Positions 62,951 through 64,000 of a DNA stretch of 64,000 nt are shown in pieces; positions within the stretch are counted from its first letter, which is position 1; every line of letters starts with the position of its first letter. The position numbers and the translations under genes were made by a program. The notes under the pieces were generated by a model that saw nothing but the letters and a program-made list of their open reading frames with translations, was not told the origin of the DNA and did no database searches. Origin of the DNA: an uncultured Thermoleophilia bacterium (lineage in GTDB: Bacteria > Actinomycetota > Thermoleophilia > UBA2241); assembly GCA_963702475.1 (NCBI GenBank), contig CAVPCT010000003.1:320001-384000 (forward strand). Direction: 5' to 3'.

Positions 62951-64000
62951 GTGAAACGCAATCTGTTCGCGGGCCAGCGCCGCACCAGCGGCATCGGCCT
63001 CACCATGTTCAGCGACGACGAGCTCCGTATGATCCACCGCGGCACGCTCGTCGTCCTCGAGCGCACCGGCATCTGGGTGGAGCTGGACGAGGCGCTCGAC
63101 ATCTTCAGCGACGGCGGCTGCAGGGTCGACCGGGAGTCGCACATCGTCAGGATCCCGCCGCACATCGTGGAGGACTGCATCGCCGCCGCCCCCGAGGCCG
63201 TGGCGCTGTGCGGCCGCGACCCGAGGAACGACATCCTGCTCGAGCCCGGGCGCGTGGGCTTCAGCAACTTCGGCGAGGGCATCAAGGTCATCGATCCCTA
63301 CACCGGTGAGCTGCGGCCGTCCACCAAGAAGGACCTCGGCCAGATCGCCCGCCTGGTCGACGCGCTGCCCGACATCGACGTGTTCGAGATGGCCGTGGTC
63401 AGCGGCGACAAGCCGCCCGAGACGTTCTCGCTGCACAACCACGAGGCGGCGATCGTCAATCAGACGAAGCCCATCTCCGGCGGGGCCCAGGATGGCCGCG
63501 CCGTGCACACCACCGTCGAGATGCTGGCGGCCGTGCAGGGCAGCGAGGATGCGGTGCGCGAGCGCCCCATGATGGTCATGGGCACCTGCCCGGTGAGCCC
63601 GCTCAAGCTGGTCAAGGACTTCTGCGAGATCGTCATCGAGGCGGCGCGCGTCGGGCTGCCGTCCTGCGTGCTCAGCATGGCGATGGCCGGCGGCTCGTCG
63701 CCGGTGACGCTGGCCGGGACGCTCGTGACGCACAACGCCGAGGTGCTGGCCGGCCTCGTGCTCGCGCAGCTGACCGAGCGCGGCAGCAAGGTCCTGTACG
63801 GCTCGTCCACCACGGCCATGGACCTGCGGCTGGTCACGGCCTCCGTCGGCTCCCCCGAGTGCGCTCTCATCAGCGCCGGAGCGGCCGCGCTCGCGAAGCA
63901 GTACCGCCTGCCCAGCTACATCGCCGGGATGTAGGGCGACGGCAAGACCAGTGACGTGCAGACCGGTCACGAGAAGACCCTCACGGCTCTGATGGCGGCG
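62951..64000 (+). CDS. mttB: Trimethylamine:corrinoid methyltransferase, probably pyrrolysine-containing (in-frame TAG at 63932-63934); runs off the window end
   Basis: FSNFGEG, CPVSPL, SMAMAGGSSPVTLAGTLVTHNAEVL, YGSSTTAMDLR and GSPE; after the TAG the frame continues GDGKTSDVQTGHEKT. Confidence 0.92.

Noticed and set aside
63950-63970. PYLIS-like hairpin after the amber codon (GTGAC...GTCAC)
   Set aside because: Only a 5-bp stem in GC-rich DNA, and PYLIS is not required for Pyl insertion

Overview
Very GC-rich bacterial DNA, most likely an actinobacterium (Thermoleophilia-like and possibly anaerobic; this is inference from gene content). Many single-base frameshifts, probably long-read indel errors, are densest at 2-7.5 kb. 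Layout: (1) 0-35 kb is an accessory region of mostly uncharacterised membrane and stress genes with internal paralogs (DUF1269 x3, DUF6325 x2, NhaP x2, SulP x2, CYTH-like x2, TMEM175, AI-2E, DUF2254, MFS, Ppx) plus sulfur-related enzymes (rhodanese, DszB-like protein, arylsulfatase, CoA-disulfide reductase-rhodanese). Five of its operons carry an apparently undescribed promoter element: four strict copies of CGTA(G/C)WTT(C/T)(A/C)CGAGGTCACAG-N16-TAnnnT and one degenerate copy, with another degenerate copy at 57 kb. (2) 35-56 kb is housekeeping: purS-purQ-purL-purF, a Grx-TrxR fusion, S9 peptidase, L,D-transpeptidase, larB, ddl, a PP2C phosphatase and Wbp-like sugar genes. (3) 56-64 kb holds a PAS-LuxR regulator, EutQ-like cupin, APC permease, MsrP-like Mo-enzyme and rubredoxin. 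At the right edge is a trimethylamine methyltransferase (mttB) with an in-frame TAG at the pyrrolysine position, followed by the conserved downstream motif, so probably a pyrrolysine-recoded gene. No rRNA, tRNA, CRISPR array or transposase was recognised. Family assignments come from motif recognition, not database searches.
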